From Lama guanicoe (taxonomy: Eukaryota), in the NCBI GenBank assembly GCA_013239625.1, contig MU053881.1:1860001-1924000 (forward strand): a stretch of DNA of 64,000 bases, written 5' to 3'. The notes under the pieces are model-generated. The model saw nothing but the letters and a program-made list of their open reading frames with translations. It had not been told where the DNA came from and did not search any database. Numbering within the stretch: the first letter of the stretch is position 1; each line of letters begins with the position of its first letter. Shown here in pieces: positions 1-18,856 of this stretch. Both the position numbers and the translations under genes were made by a program.

Positions 1-2109
1 AGCGGCTGAAGAGAGTTTGACAGTCAGCTAGCTCCAGGTCCCGGGTGGTCAAACAGCCCTGGTGCTCTGGAAAGCAGCAGTGATTCTCCATCTTTATCCA
101 GCCCAAAGGACAAGCCAGGATTCCCTTCCTGAAGCCTGAAATAGTGAACCAAAGGGTCCCACTACTGCCTTCAGAAAATGATCAGCATTTTCCGTCTCCC
201 GTCCAGCGTTGCCTGGCCAGAAGTATGCGGTGGACAGCAGTGGTCTCTCCAGCCTTTCCTGGCCTCCTAAGGCTGTGGTTCCCAGTTGGGTCCCCGTGAG
301 CACACTTTGCAGTTCCCAGGCCTCATGTGCTTTTCTGTACATTTCTGTGCCTGGATGTCTTTTCTCCATCTCAGTCACCTCCTTGTCCTCCTGACAACCT
401 CCTTCCAAGCCCAACTCAGACGTTTCCTTGCGTGCAGTCTTCCTCAGGTAACTGCTTCCACTCTGCTACAGCTGCACCTCTCATAGCTCTCTCCTGCCAC
501 GTATCGTTCTCACTCGGCCAGAACTTCCACACAGCTGCTGTCTGCCCTGCTCCGTCTGGAGGCCAGGATACAACACGAAAGCAGACCGTTCCACTGTCAC
601 GTAACAAGCGAGTGTGGTCGTTGTCTGTGTACACGTCCGCCGCCTCCCCGGTGCCCCTCCTCCACCTCCCTGATTTATCTGCAGTCTGGCTGTCCACCAG
701 AAATACAGCTTCCACCAGGAACCACCCTCCCGCCTGGGGAGACGGATAAAGCTGAGTGTCTTTCCAAATCATGACTCTCTCCCTCACGTCCTCTGCACCT
801 TTGAAACTGACCCCTGGCTCTATCATTTACAACCTCCCACCACCACTCCTGTTTGTTGGCCAAATACTGTCACCTGTCCTCCTTCCCTTCCCAGGCCAGT
901 TGAGGTCCCCTGACCCTCCTTCCCTCACTCTCCTACCAGTGCTCAGTTTCTCACCCTGTTCCCCTTCCATTACACCCGCTCAGAAAAACCGCATTCCCAG
1001 GTTCAACCCCAGCCTGCCTCTCCCCGACAGCACCTCGAGGAAGGCACCAGATCGAAGGCCAGCTGGCCTCCCGCCTGCCTGAGCCCCCACCGTGCAGCTC
1101 TCTGGTCTTCCAGCCCTTCTTCACTTCCACTCCCCACAGCCCCTTTGTCAGACCTCCATTCTTCTCCAAGCGCCAGCGCATTTTCCGGCAGATCACTTCA
1201 CTTCCTGTTTCAACAAGGATTAAAAGCCCAGTGGAGAGGCACTCTCTCAGCGTCTTACCACCTCACCTGCACATCTTTCTTGTCATGAGGGAAGAGTTCG
1301 CCTTTTCCTGCCTCCTCAGTCTAACACCGGCTTCCTGCCGTGTGCTCCAGCCTCTCCTCTGGGCGGCTTCCCATCAGCATTTCACTGGACCCACTACTCT
1401 CTTTTCTGAAAGCCAGCTGTTCTCTGAGCGCAGGACCCCTCTCCCTACCCCAGTCTCTTTCCTCTCATCCCGGGAGAACGTCATACGGGTTCACTGTCTT
1501 TCTTCTCCCGTCAGCTCACTGCAAATTGTTTCCACCCCCACCCTCCACAGAGCCACCAGTGACTTCTTTGTTGCCAAATCATGTTCTCCTGTTCCATCTT
1601 TTCCACGAGGCAACATCTCACATCTTGTGTTCCTTCTCCTTTCCAGACATTGTTTTCTTTGGCCCCTCTGACCTCAGCCAGGTCGGGGCAGGGAAGGGGC
1701 AGTGGGGAGGCTGTGTCCTTCGTTTCTCACTTCCCCTCTGCCCTTTCCTCTGTCTCCCTTGTGAGCTCCTCACCCTCTGCCCGGCCCTCCCACTCGAGGG
1801 CATCTCCCGGGGAGAGAGCCATCTGGGTAGTGTTGCCTCCTGGTCCGTTTCGCCCACCTCTCTCCTGTCTGCACATAACAGTGACGTCCCCTGCTGCTGC
1901 TGGGCCTTCCTCACAGACGTCCCGCAGCTGCTCAGACTCAGGGTATCCCACACTGAACTTGTTACCTTTCTCCAGAGAGCCCGCCCGCCCTTCTCTGTTG
2001 TCTGTCTAGTGAATGGCACCACCACCCACCCAGTTGCCGGAACCAGAGCCCTGGGCGCCGTCCCGGGAGGAATGCACCATGGCAATCGGGAGCAGTGGGC
2101 CTTGGAATT

Positions 2110-2260
2110 GGACCCCAGCTGGAAACCCGGCTCTGCCGTACTTGCTGTATGACCTTGGGCAAATCACTTAACCTCTAAGCCTCAGTTTCTTCCTCCATAA
2201 AATGAGAATAACAGTAGAACGTCTCTCCAGGTTGTGGCGAGAATGGAGTGGAGTGACGCA
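2110..2260 (+). mobile_element. MIR SINE
   Basis: MIR core: ctctgcc..tgaccttgggcaaatcacttaacctctaagcctcagtttc..taaaatgagaataa. Confidence 0.75.
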
Positions 2261-3014
2261 CAGAAAGGCTCCGCAGAGCGAGCGCGGGGTCAGCGTGGTG
2301 CCAGCAGCGCTTATCCGTGTTTCCACGACTCGTCTCGTTCTCCCTCCCTACCCGTCACCGGGGCTCCTGGCCGTACCACCTTCCAAGTTGCTCATGCAGC
2401 GCACTTCTCTCCGCCCTACTGCCACTGCTTTAAAAGCCCTCAGTGGCTGAATGTTGCCCTGAGGATCAAATCCAGGCTCTAGCGTGGCCTGCAGGCTCTT
2501 CAGGATCCAGCCCCTGCCCAGCTTGTCAGCTTCTCTCTGTCTGTCCTGTGTGACCTTCCCGCCCACTCCCCCCGCCCGCAAAGAAATGTGCGCGCCATCC
2601 GTCCCTCTGAGCATTTGCATTCCCTGAGGACTTTGCCTGTTCCCATTTCCCAGCCTTTTCACTTGCTCTTCTTTTTATCTAGAAAGTACTCGTCTTTTCC
2701 AGAATAATCCCACTCACCCTCATTGCTCAGTGAGATACTGCCTCCTCTGAGCAGCACTCTCTGATGGCCCAGTCTGGGTTCCCAGAGCACTGAGTGCTTT
2801 TCTGTAGCTCTTGTCACGGTCACTCAGAATCAGACACCCTGTGCGCATGTCTGTCTCCCCCAGGAGACTCAGGTCAGCAATTAGAGGACTGTCTCGTACA
2901 CAGCTGAATTCCCTGAGCCCAGCCCAGTGCCCCACAGTCACAGGTCACGAAATGATTGTTAAACAATATCGAAAAACTTAGGAATTTCTGCAGATCACAC
3001 CTGGATGTGCCGTC

Positions 3015-3180
3015 CCGACTCTGCCACTTAACTAGCATGTAACTTTGGGCCATCTCGTTATTCTTTCCAAAGTGAAGTTTCCTCACCTGTAAATTGAGGA
3101 TGATGACACACGAGGGCAGTTGCGAGGATTAAATGAGACAACATGTGGGAAGTCCCAGGCTCGTGGTACACAGCAGAGAA
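3015..3180 (+). mobile_element. MIR SINE
   Basis: ctctgccacttaactagc..agtttcctcacctgtaaattgagg..gaggattaaatgagac. Confidence 0.7.
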
Positions 3181-3539
3181 CCTGTGCTTCTGTGCTTTCT
3201 CCTTCCTTCTCTACCAAGTTGTATGTGGTTCTGCATCGCTCCCTCTACACTAGTAGTTCTCAGACTTACTTGTTTAGCAGCAAAACTCTTTTCTGCAGTT
3301 GAAGTCTCCCATGGAACCTTAGTTCTTGACAAACAGAAGCAAAGCCCTTCTGGTGCAGAAGAGGAGCCAAGTGAAGGGCATTCCAGTTCTTTGTCCATCC
3401 CCATGGCCTCAGAGCTCTGCCTGTGACCTTGAACTCACGGCACACAGCTCTTCCAGACTGAGTTTCTTCCTCACCTGAGCACCACAGTGCCAAGGCACAG
3501 CCTTATTAGAGCCTGGGGAAAGGGACATAACACTCGCTC

Positions 3540-3690
3540 AGGTGTCCTCATAGCAACCCTGTAAGGTATAGAAGTTGATAGTTTTTCTCCCAAATTTACA
3601 AATGGAGATGGTAAGGTTCAGAGAGAATAAGTGATTTGTCCAAGGTCCCACAGTGGTGGTCCTGGTCAGTTGTGGAGCCACCATTCAAAA
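3540..3690 (-). mobile_element. MIR SINE
   Basis: Reverse MIR core: aggttcagagagaataagtgatttgtccaaggtcccacag. Confidence 0.6.
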
Positions 3691-4779
3691 AAAGGTGAGA
3701 ATAAACAAAGGCATGCCCGCTGGGGCACACGGTCACCCTCTTTAGGTTGACACTGAGGTGGTCAAGGGAAGAAAGCCTTCTTTTCATGCCCCACTTTTCC
3801 TATTTCTCCCCCTCCATTCCCAGATCAGCTGAAAATATATAAAATGGTGAACTCATCCAGTCCCTGGCACACCACTGCCCTGTTCCCGTTGGCTTTTGTC
3901 ATCTGTCTCCTGTCTCCATCTAAAGGCCTCAGCCTCCTGGTGCCTTGAGTTTAGGCAGAGGGGTGGGGTGAGCCCAAGCCCACAGACTTGATTTCACTCT
4001 CAGGTCTGCTCTGTCAGCGCTGAGTGGCAGGGTCCAGCCTCCTGGTCCTTACTTGGGCAGAGGGGCTGCTTTCACAGCTTGCTGTGGGGGCCCCCGGGAC
4101 TGTCCCTTGTACGCCATTGGACACACGTTAGGCATGTGGCCTTGATTACTTGAGGCCAACTAAGCGAGTGGCCCTCCTGTGGGAGCTTGGCCCTCTCCAG
4201 TAGCGCCTACACAGGGCGTCGGGGGCATGCGCGTTCCTGGCCCCCCAGGGCAATCTGACCTACTGTGGCAGTCTCTCAGCCCCAATCTTCCTTCTTGAAA
4301 GACCTGCATGGCGTCATGGCTTTTTCCCCCTACCGCCTGCAGAATTGGAGAGACGACCTCTGTATCAGCCGCCTTCCTTACGTGCCTCCCCGCTCTGGTC
4401 TTCACTCCAGAGTTCCTGTCTCCAGGTTGTGGGTGAGTCCACTGGGACTCAGCCAGTGAGTGAATTGCTTAAGCATATGCCTGGTAGGCAAGGTCGGTTT
4501 GCTGCATTCCTATCCCTGTGAGACCAGGCTGCTCAGGCCTTAGGACTGGCCCCGGGGCCCTGGGTGAACAAGCTGTAAAAGCCCCTCCCTGTGCGGGTGT
4601 CACTGCCTCCATCCTCAGGACAAGTGCCTGTCTGGTTGTAGTTCATCCTCACCACTGCAGCCTGGGTGAGCAGGCCAGGCTTGCGAGGCCCTGCCTCTAG
4701 CCAGTTAGTGGCCAAGCTGGGCCTGTGGCAGACATGTCAGGTGTCACGTTGTTCCTGGCAGCTGCCTGGCCTCTTCTGA

Positions 4780-6964
<2,185 letters not shown>

Positions 6965-8799
6965 GGTATAGACTGTGTTGCGTGCAACCCTTCTTTCCCA
7001 CACTCTTGCCACTTTCTGTGTCCCTGCTGGGCCATTTCATGCTCTGGGGCACAGGGGGTTGGACTGGGGCTTGGCAGGCCCTACCTCTTCTCCTGAGAGC
7101 CCCCACTTCCTGTGTTCCTGAAGGTTCCTTCTGCACTGCTGTCCCCTGGGGTGTCACTGCCGGGCCTCTACTTTCCTTACCAGCTGCCTCCCAAAGTGCC
7201 CAGGCGGCCGTGGGCCTCAGAGGGCTGCCCCCACCCCTGACATGATCAGCCTCAGGGTTGAATCTCACTTGGCCTGGCCTGGCTCCGCCATACAAACTAC
7301 CAGGGTGCTTCCCAGCTACAGCCATACAAAAAGGGGCCAACGTTGAGGGAGCAGCGAGAGGTCAGCCAAGCTAACCAAGGCCTCGGAGGTCATTTAGGCG
7401 TGAAGGAATTGGTGGGCCCACTCCCCAAACAGGGCGGGTTCCAGGAGGAAGTAGGTAGCAACGCTGCCTCCTGGAAGAAGAAAGAGCTTGGCTGCCAGCG
7501 GGGCCCTGGCCTCCCCTCCCAGCCACCTGCAGGAGTCCTCTCTGTGAAATACTGATATATCAGATGGTGTTCTGGGCTGAAGGTAGTAGGCGGTGGGCTG
7601 AGAACTGAGGGCAGAGGAGAAAGCTGGTTTGCTGGCCTTGGTCCTGGTCTTGGGGCTTAATGGCTGTGCAGTGCCACACTCGGCACTAAGCTACGTCCCT
7701 GGGGTCAGGCATTTTCTTATTCTGTCTGGCATCCACACAGCTGCCCTTAAAGCGATAGGAAGCTGGGGCAGGTGGGCTGAGGTTGAGCTCAGGGACCCCC
7801 TCCCAGACCCCTCCCCCAGGAGGTATCCTCACCTCCTCCTCTCTCCAGTGCCAGGGCAACAGACTTCCTGGACCCGTGGCAGAGTCCCCCATTCCCCTTT
7901 TGGGTCAAGATCTCCCCTGGCCCCGCCTTGGCACTGGCCTCAGCTTCCCAGGGGCAGCCTTCAGGGCTAGGCTCCCTGTGGCTCCCTTGGCTCCCTTGTG
8001 CTACCCCCGAGTCAGCACTGTCCTTAGACTCGCCTCAGCTCCTCTGCCCTGTGGGCCTGAGCTCCCTGATGCTTTGTCAGACCGAGATGTCCCTGCCTGC
8101 AGGAGCTTCCGCCAAGGCCAGGGTGCCTTCTTGCCTTTCTTCTTCAGCTCCACAGGAACCAGGAGTTACAGGGACCCCACACACTTTGATCTGTTGCCCC
8201 TCCTCCCACAGTGCAGTACCCCGTCGTCTAGGAAACCTCACAGCCATTTTCTCCCCACCTGCTCTCGGCTAATCGCTTTCCTAAGATAAGGGATGCTCCC
8301 CACCAATAAGTGCTCTCCTTCGACCTTTTCTACCCTCCTCAGAGTGTGGTTGTGAGCCCCGGGTGCATGAGGGAGCAGTGCTGGCCCAGCCTTGGGACCC
8401 ACCCTGGGCTCTGTACTGGAGCCTGAGGCAGCAGTCTGAGTGCATAGGTGAAGTCTCCACTGTCTGTCACCAGGCGAGCACATGCCAGAGGCTGGGCTCT
8501 TCCTCCATCCTGGCCTGGGAGATGTGCTGCAGCAGAGGGTCATGGGCTCCTCGAGGATTGTTCCCACATTCCTTGCAATTTAGGACAATGTTCACTGGGA
8601 CCAGGGCTCCGTCCCCCAACTGGGTCTTAACCTTCATCGTCTGCTGGAGGTGATGGAGAAAGTCTGTTCAGTGTTTTCATCCCGGGGAACAAAAAGAGCA
8701 GGTCACTGTTCCTGCCTCCGTGTGGAGACCCAGAGCCAGCGCGGGGAGGCCGGGGTGGGACCATTGCTCACCATGTGGCCATGCCCTCTGTTTTCTCAG

Positions 8800-9181
8800 C
8801 CTCTGCCAGATGAGCTTCTTCAGGGTGTTCTGAGACCCCGACTGCCAGCTGAAGGTCTACAGTTTTCTCCTCCACATCCCCACCCACCTGCCCGAGACTT
8901 CCCCAGTCCCTGCCATCTCGGACCAACCAAAAGCTGAACGGATGCCACGCGTGCTGGGACCCCTCAGGACCTTTGCAGAGCGCTTCGTGGTGCTACGCGG
9001 CCTCCACACTTGAGAGCCCCGGGGGCTGGGCTGGCCTGTGGGCTTGGGGGCTGATGGTACTGCTGGCCCAACACTGCTCTTTGTGTTTGGTTTTTTGTTT
9101 TACTTTTTTTTTTTCAATTCTTTACTTTTGATACTGTGAAGATCTTTCCTGCCGAAAGATAAAGCAACATTTGGACACAGA
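8800..9181 (+). other. FAM193B: FAM193B non-coding terminal (3' UTR) exon
   Basis: A GT donor at 6966 follows the stop codon. A pyrimidine-rich acceptor ttttctcag ends at 8799. There is a U-rich tract at about 9080-9130, a variant poly(A) signal GATAAA at 9158-9163 and GU-rich sequence downstream. It resembles the human FAM193B 3' UTR as I recall it. Confidence 0.7.
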
Positions 9182-11624
9182 GTCAGTGTGTCGGTGCTTT
9201 GCTTGTTTGGATCAGGGGCGAGGGTGAGGGAGGCGCTCAGAAGCACTGGAGTCAGCCTTAGTCACTAACTGTCTTGAGCACGTACTACGTGTCAACAGGC
9301 TGGCATCTTTTCTCTTTAATTCTTGCAGCCGTGCTAAGGGGGACTGTTCTCCCATTTTACAGAGGAAACTAAAGCTAAGACAGGAAAGTCACTCTGCTGA
9401 GCTCAGCCTGGCCAACGACAATTAGAGCATAGGCCTGCGTGACAGCAGCGTCTGTGCCCTTTCCTCCTGTTGGGAGGACCCTGGTATGGAACCCCTGAGC
9501 AGCCCCTTCCCCACACTGTGTCTCAGTTTCCCTCCCTACAAGATGAGGGGTGGGACTTGGTCTCTGTGCAGCTGATGCGAGAAGGTGTCGGGGGAAGGCT
9601 TGATGCCATTATGCACTGCATGCACCCATAGTCTGGATGATTGGAGTTGTCAGGGGAAGCTGTGAATGGAGTTTTTATAAATTTGATCTGATTTTTCAGT
9701 GGGAATGGACATGTAATCTAAGTACTTAAGAGTTAAGAGAGTAATGAACCCTTCTGTAAAGTAAAGCAAACTGCCTCATCCGCCTCTCCCCACCATGGAT
9801 CTGGTTTGTGAATTCAGATTTTAATATAATAGGTTTGCTAAAAATGCTTCACACACACTTTTGTCTCAAATCCTCATCTCCAATGGCATTTTCTTTACTA
9901 AAACCCGTTCTTACCTTGCACTCATGTGGGGAGCAACAGTGGCAGTGGCCACACAGTCACTCAGAGTCTTTTGTGGGGTACTGGGAGCAGGATCAGAAAC
10001 CACTCCCTCCTTCGCCCCCAGGTTGAAGCCCCCCACATTGGGCTGCCAGTACCAGCTGCTGCTTGTAAAGAGGTGAAATTGACCACAGGCTCACAATTCC
10101 TGGTCCCTGATCTTTCCCAGTCCCCAAGGAAATGTGGACACTTCCCTGTGAAATGTCTGTATATTTATTACCTGTGTTCCTCTCTCCCTTCAACACTTGC
10201 ACAAGGCTCCTGCCCTGCAGTTGAATTGTCACAACTATCTAAAGTTCTGCTTCATCACTGGAGAACTGCAAGGCTGATGAAGCAGTCGCTTTACCTACGA
10301 AGACTTCTATGAATGACATTCAGGGCCCTCCAAGCCTGGCCCCTGCCTCTGGCACACTGCAGCCACACCTGAGTCTCCAGCTAGGCTTGGCACCCTCAGG
10401 ACTCCTGACTTGCTCACATATTTCCCCCTTCCCAGATAACCCTTCATGAATTCCACCTTATCCTTCACATCCCAGCTGAGAAGCCACTTTTACTATGAGA
10501 ATCAGTCGGCCCTGCCTTTGTGCTAATTCCAAAAGTGGTACCTTGTATGTCTTGAGTTTTCTTCTTAACCTCAAGACCAATTTATATATGCTTCTGCCTC
10601 TTCACCTAATCTGTAAGCTCCTCACCAGCCACGTTCATGTCTTGCTCAGTTTTTATCTGCTTCAGCACTGTGCACAATGCCCAGCACCTACTCATATTAA
10701 ATACACCAAGGAAGAAAAGAACAGCACAGACCCATCGCTCCTCTTTAAAAGTCCTCAGTGAAGCTGAAATTACTTAGAGCCCTGCATACTCTGGGTCTGT
10801 CTTTCCAGCCTTAGCTCTGACTACCCCCACCCCACGCGGGCCACGTGATCTCTTTGTTCCCTGAGGAACATGTTCCTCGAGGAACTTGCACATGGCCCGA
10901 ACTTCACTCCTGCTGAACCCCCTATCGGGAAGCCTCTTCCGCTCCTCCACTCCCAGCTCTGAGAGTCCACGCTTCCCTGGAGGTTCAGATCCAGATGTCC
11001 TCTAAGCCTCTAGTTCCCTACTCACTCTCTTGAGCTCTATTACAGCATTTACAATCATTACAAACATGTACAGTCCCTCAGTTAAAAACCAGCCGTATTT
11101 TGTTTATCTCTCACCACTCCGAACACAGATGAGAGCACACCAATCAGAGCAGCGGTGTGCCCCAAGCCAGCCCCCACTCAGTGGCCGCCGCGGTTAATGG
11201 AGGTGGGATGGGACCGGAGCTGGCTCGGTCGCAAGGGGGCGCAGTGTCCTCCGGCGGGGGCGAGCCAGGTGACGTCACGCCCTGGACGAGGCTGGGCACC
11301 CGGCCGGCTACCCTTTTCGGGATCAGCGGTCGCCACGCTCCGACCCGGCTTGGTTTGAGCCTTTGGCGCAGGCTTCAGATCCTCCAGCTTCCTACAATGC
11401 CTTGGCTGGCGCTTTTGCCCTCAGCCCTGGAAACAGCCGCATAGCCACCCACAGAGGCCGGGACTCTGCGGCTCAAGACCGGGACTTGGAGGAAGTTTGT
11501 CCCTCTGCGCGATCCGGCATTCTAAGGTTGTTGCTAGGCGCCGACGTCCGCTTCTTCACATCTGATTGGACCTCACTCAAAGGTGAGGCGGGGTTTTGCC
11601 GGGCGCGCATGCGTGCAGCAAAGG

Positions 11625-16659
<5,035 letters not shown>

Positions 16660-16855
16660 GCCGCCTGTCATCCCTCCTCCTCTCCACGGGGCCTCCGTCC
16701 TTGGGGCACCAGCCGCCTCCCACACACACCAGCCCCATGGACAAGAAGCCAGCATCCTTGGCCCAGCTGGCCTGGGTTGGGCCAGGCTGGACCTGGCTGC
16801 CTGCTCCCCGTGCCCCCCAGAATTACTATTTTTGCCCCCCTTTACCCTAGCTGCC

Positions 16856-16861
16856 ATTAAA
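16856..16861 (+). terminator. DDX41: DDX41 poly(A) signal ATTAAA
   Basis: ATTAAA lies about 200 nt after the stop codon. Confidence 0.75.
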
Positions 16862-17589
16862 GCACAAGCCTCTCTGGTCTCGGTCTCCATTTCGCCTCGC
16901 CTGCCCCCTGCTTCCTGGGCAGGTTCAGCCTCTGACCCCCGAGGCAGGGCCTTGGCGTCTCCCACCACCGCTGCCAGCACCCAGCCTGCCCGTACTCGGC
17001 TGCAGAAAGAGCTGCCTAGCTGGGGCCCCGCTCTGGGGGCTTAGGGCGTCTCCTCTGGGCCACCTGGATTTATGACTCAGGGAGGGACCACACTGGGGGA
17101 CGAAGGGGAAATGGTCGGTTGGGTTTTCTGGTCTTTCTGGTTGGCTGTTACAACCTCCAGCTCTGCCGCAGCCTCCCTCTTCCTGTCAGTGTGTCAGCTC
17201 CTGGGGCTTCTCCTGGGGCCCCGTGGGAGACGACTTCCTGTCCCAGGCCACCTGCTAACCCAGGCTCCCAGTAGGAGCACTCTGCTCCATTTGCTGAGAA
17301 GGCAGCAGATGCCACTGTCACCCAGGCCACGAGCACCCACTGACCCCACTCGGTACCCAGCCGTCTGCTGAGCTCCTGACCTAGACGAGCTAGGCAGAGG
17401 CCCACTGGGAAGCTCCCAGCTGAGGGGGATGGACTGTCCAGCTGTGAATAAACGTGGGCGGCAGCCACAAGACTGCTGGCCAGTGGGCTGGGATTTCACC
17501 ATCTGGCAAGGGGCAGGCAGAGAGCACTGGCGCCCGGCACTGCGTGTTCCAGGCCACAGGCTTATCCCGCAGGACAGCAGTTGCTCAAG

Positions 17590-17680
17590 CCATGTTTGTC
17601 ACTCAGTGTGTGGCCGTGGGCAAGTTACTTAATGCTTCTGAGCCTTGATTTCCTCATTGTTGAAATGGCAGTGAGAACGC
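17590..17680 (+). mobile_element. MIR fragment
   Basis: gggcaagttacttaatgcttctgagccttgatttcctcat. Confidence 0.6.
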
Positions 17681-18856
17681 AAAGGACATGATGTCCGAGG
17701 CAGCTGGGCCATGGCGGTCATAAAGCTGGGTGGACAACCCTTGGAGAATCTCACACCCCGTATGTGACCTCCAAACAGTATTCCTCAGCCTGATTACATG
17801 TTCGCTCCCAGAGGTGGCACTGAGTGGATGACATGAGGCTGTCCCCAGAATTCAAATCCACACATGTAACCTCGATACTGACCTCTAGCAAGGCATGGGC
17901 AAAAAATAAGTCCCCAGCAAAAAAAGCTTAAAAAGAACATGTGAGCTCTCCAGGGGTCCCCGCCGGGCGTGCGCCACCCACATGCACCACTCACATGCCT
18001 GGGGCTGCACCACGCGGATGGGGGCCTTTGTGCTCTCAGACAACGTGGGGTAGTCAAGGGAGGCCTCCTGGAGGAAGAGGGCCCAGTGCCCCGAGCAGCA
18101 CAGTGGTGAGGTGCCCTGGAAGGGCTGGGCTGGGGGATGTGGAGACCAGAATACTCGGCACCTTGAGTGCTGGGCCAAGGAGTCCAAGCTAGACTGTAGA
18201 CTCAAGGGCATTGGGAGCCAGGAAAGGTTTAGGAAGGGGAGAGATGGGCTGGTGTGGGGTTGGAGAAGAGGGCCGGCTGGGCCCAGGTAGGGCTGTGGTG
18301 CAAAGCTGAGATGCTGGCAACAGACAGGGACTATGAAGATGAAGAGGAGCAAGTGAACATTAGAACTACTTCTGGGGTGAAGATAAGCAGAACAACCAGG
18401 ACTCCAAGTGGGAGAGCAAGGAGTTTGCGGGTCTGGCTAGAGCAAGGCCCTGGGGCGGCAGCAGGGCTGTGGGGCTGCCTGGCCCTAGGGTACGCAGCTG
18501 CCCCGGGAGGGGGAGGGGTCAGCGCTCATGACTCGGGAGCCAGCCTGTAGTCAGATGTTCACACCCCACTGACTGGGCAGGCACGGGTCATCTGCCCTCA
18601 GGTGGTCTGAGGCCCCTGCCAGGCACTAGTGGGCACCTCGGGCCAGCTGGAACCCCCAGGAAGAAGTAAGTGATGTCCACCACCCCCATCCTAGCTTCTT
18701 TACTGAAGACAGGGCTCCCCTCCCCCCAGCCCCAGCTGCCTCTCTGGACAGAGGGAGGGGGAAGTGGCCAGAAGGGGAAGTGTGAGGAGTTCCCCTCGGC
18801 CTGTGACCAGTCTCCTTAGGCCCTTGGAGTGGTGGCCTTGGGGCCCGGCTGTGGCT

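Noticed and set aside
375..453. Possible small exon in the FAM193B intron (acceptors ending at 374 or 437, donor cag|gtaact at 448)
   Set aside because: Lengths of 73 or 10 nt are not frame-preserving and there is no other support. It cannot be distinguished from chance without RNA data.
17805..17820. CTCF-like CTCCCAGAGGTGGCAC between DDX41 and DOK3
   Set aside because: Only the 3' half matches the core motif, which is too weak to call without ChIP data.
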